Shown: in pieces, positions 63,899-64,000 of the stretch
Position numbering within the stretch: the first letter of the stretch is position 1
Layout of the letters: every line of letters starts with the position of its first letter
Virus record (IMG/VR): IMGVR_UViG_3300042154_002686
Span: 1-64,000 of that record
Reading direction: 5' to 3' (one strand)
From: a virus
DNA: 64,000 bases
Translations under genes and position numbers: made by a program
Notes under the pieces: model-generated
The model's database searches: none
Seen by the model: only the letters and a program-made list of their open reading frames with translations
What the model was told of the DNA's origin: nothing

Positions 63899-64000
63899 GA
63901 CGATTAGTATGTATTAAGTTGGGGCATTGTCAATACGCAATTAGATAAATTTAGATTTGACTTTGGCTGTAAATATGTTATCATGTATGGATGCTACTAC

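Noticed and set aside
1-64000. tRNA, rRNA, integrase, transposase or DGR reverse transcriptase
   Set aside because: No recognisable signatures seen by eye; tRNAscan and HMM searches would be needed to exclude them fully.

Overview
A 64-kb segment of a tailed dsDNA bacteriophage (siphovirus-like, lambda-type GpA terminase and portal). The host is not identifiable with certainty; weak hints point to Verrucomicrobia. Positions 1-42.7 kb are almost entirely on the minus strand. Reading leftward from 42.7 kb they encode a displaced pair of putative virion-surface genes, a primase-helicase, an HTH/AT-hook regulator, a probable cos region, terS, terL, gpW, portal, S49 protease, scaffold, an H1-like basic protein, major capsid, head accessory proteins, neck, tail and tape-measure genes, two paralogous fibres, a membrane/lysis cluster, a PAPS-reductase-like/ParB-like (IbrA/IbrB-type) pair and small accessory genes including a histone-fold protein. 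Positions 42.8-64 kb are a plus-strand array of about 49 self-contained expression cassettes. Each is built as [YCYRC-GNGG-GTAGGY motif]-[type A or B spacer]-[-35/16 bp/-10 promoter]-[usually one short, often leaderless ORF]-[intrinsic terminator]. The motif lies at helically phased distances from the start (about 60, 71 or 83 nt). Cargo includes ArdA and ArdC anti-restriction genes and one protein-free cassette encoding a highly structured RNA. Other highlights are a candidate late-promoter motif (GTTGACA-N5/6-CAA) in front of structural genes, a shared ~60-aa N-terminal domain in five putative virion proteins, and a structured RNA leader downstream of terL. All counts and alignments were made by eye.
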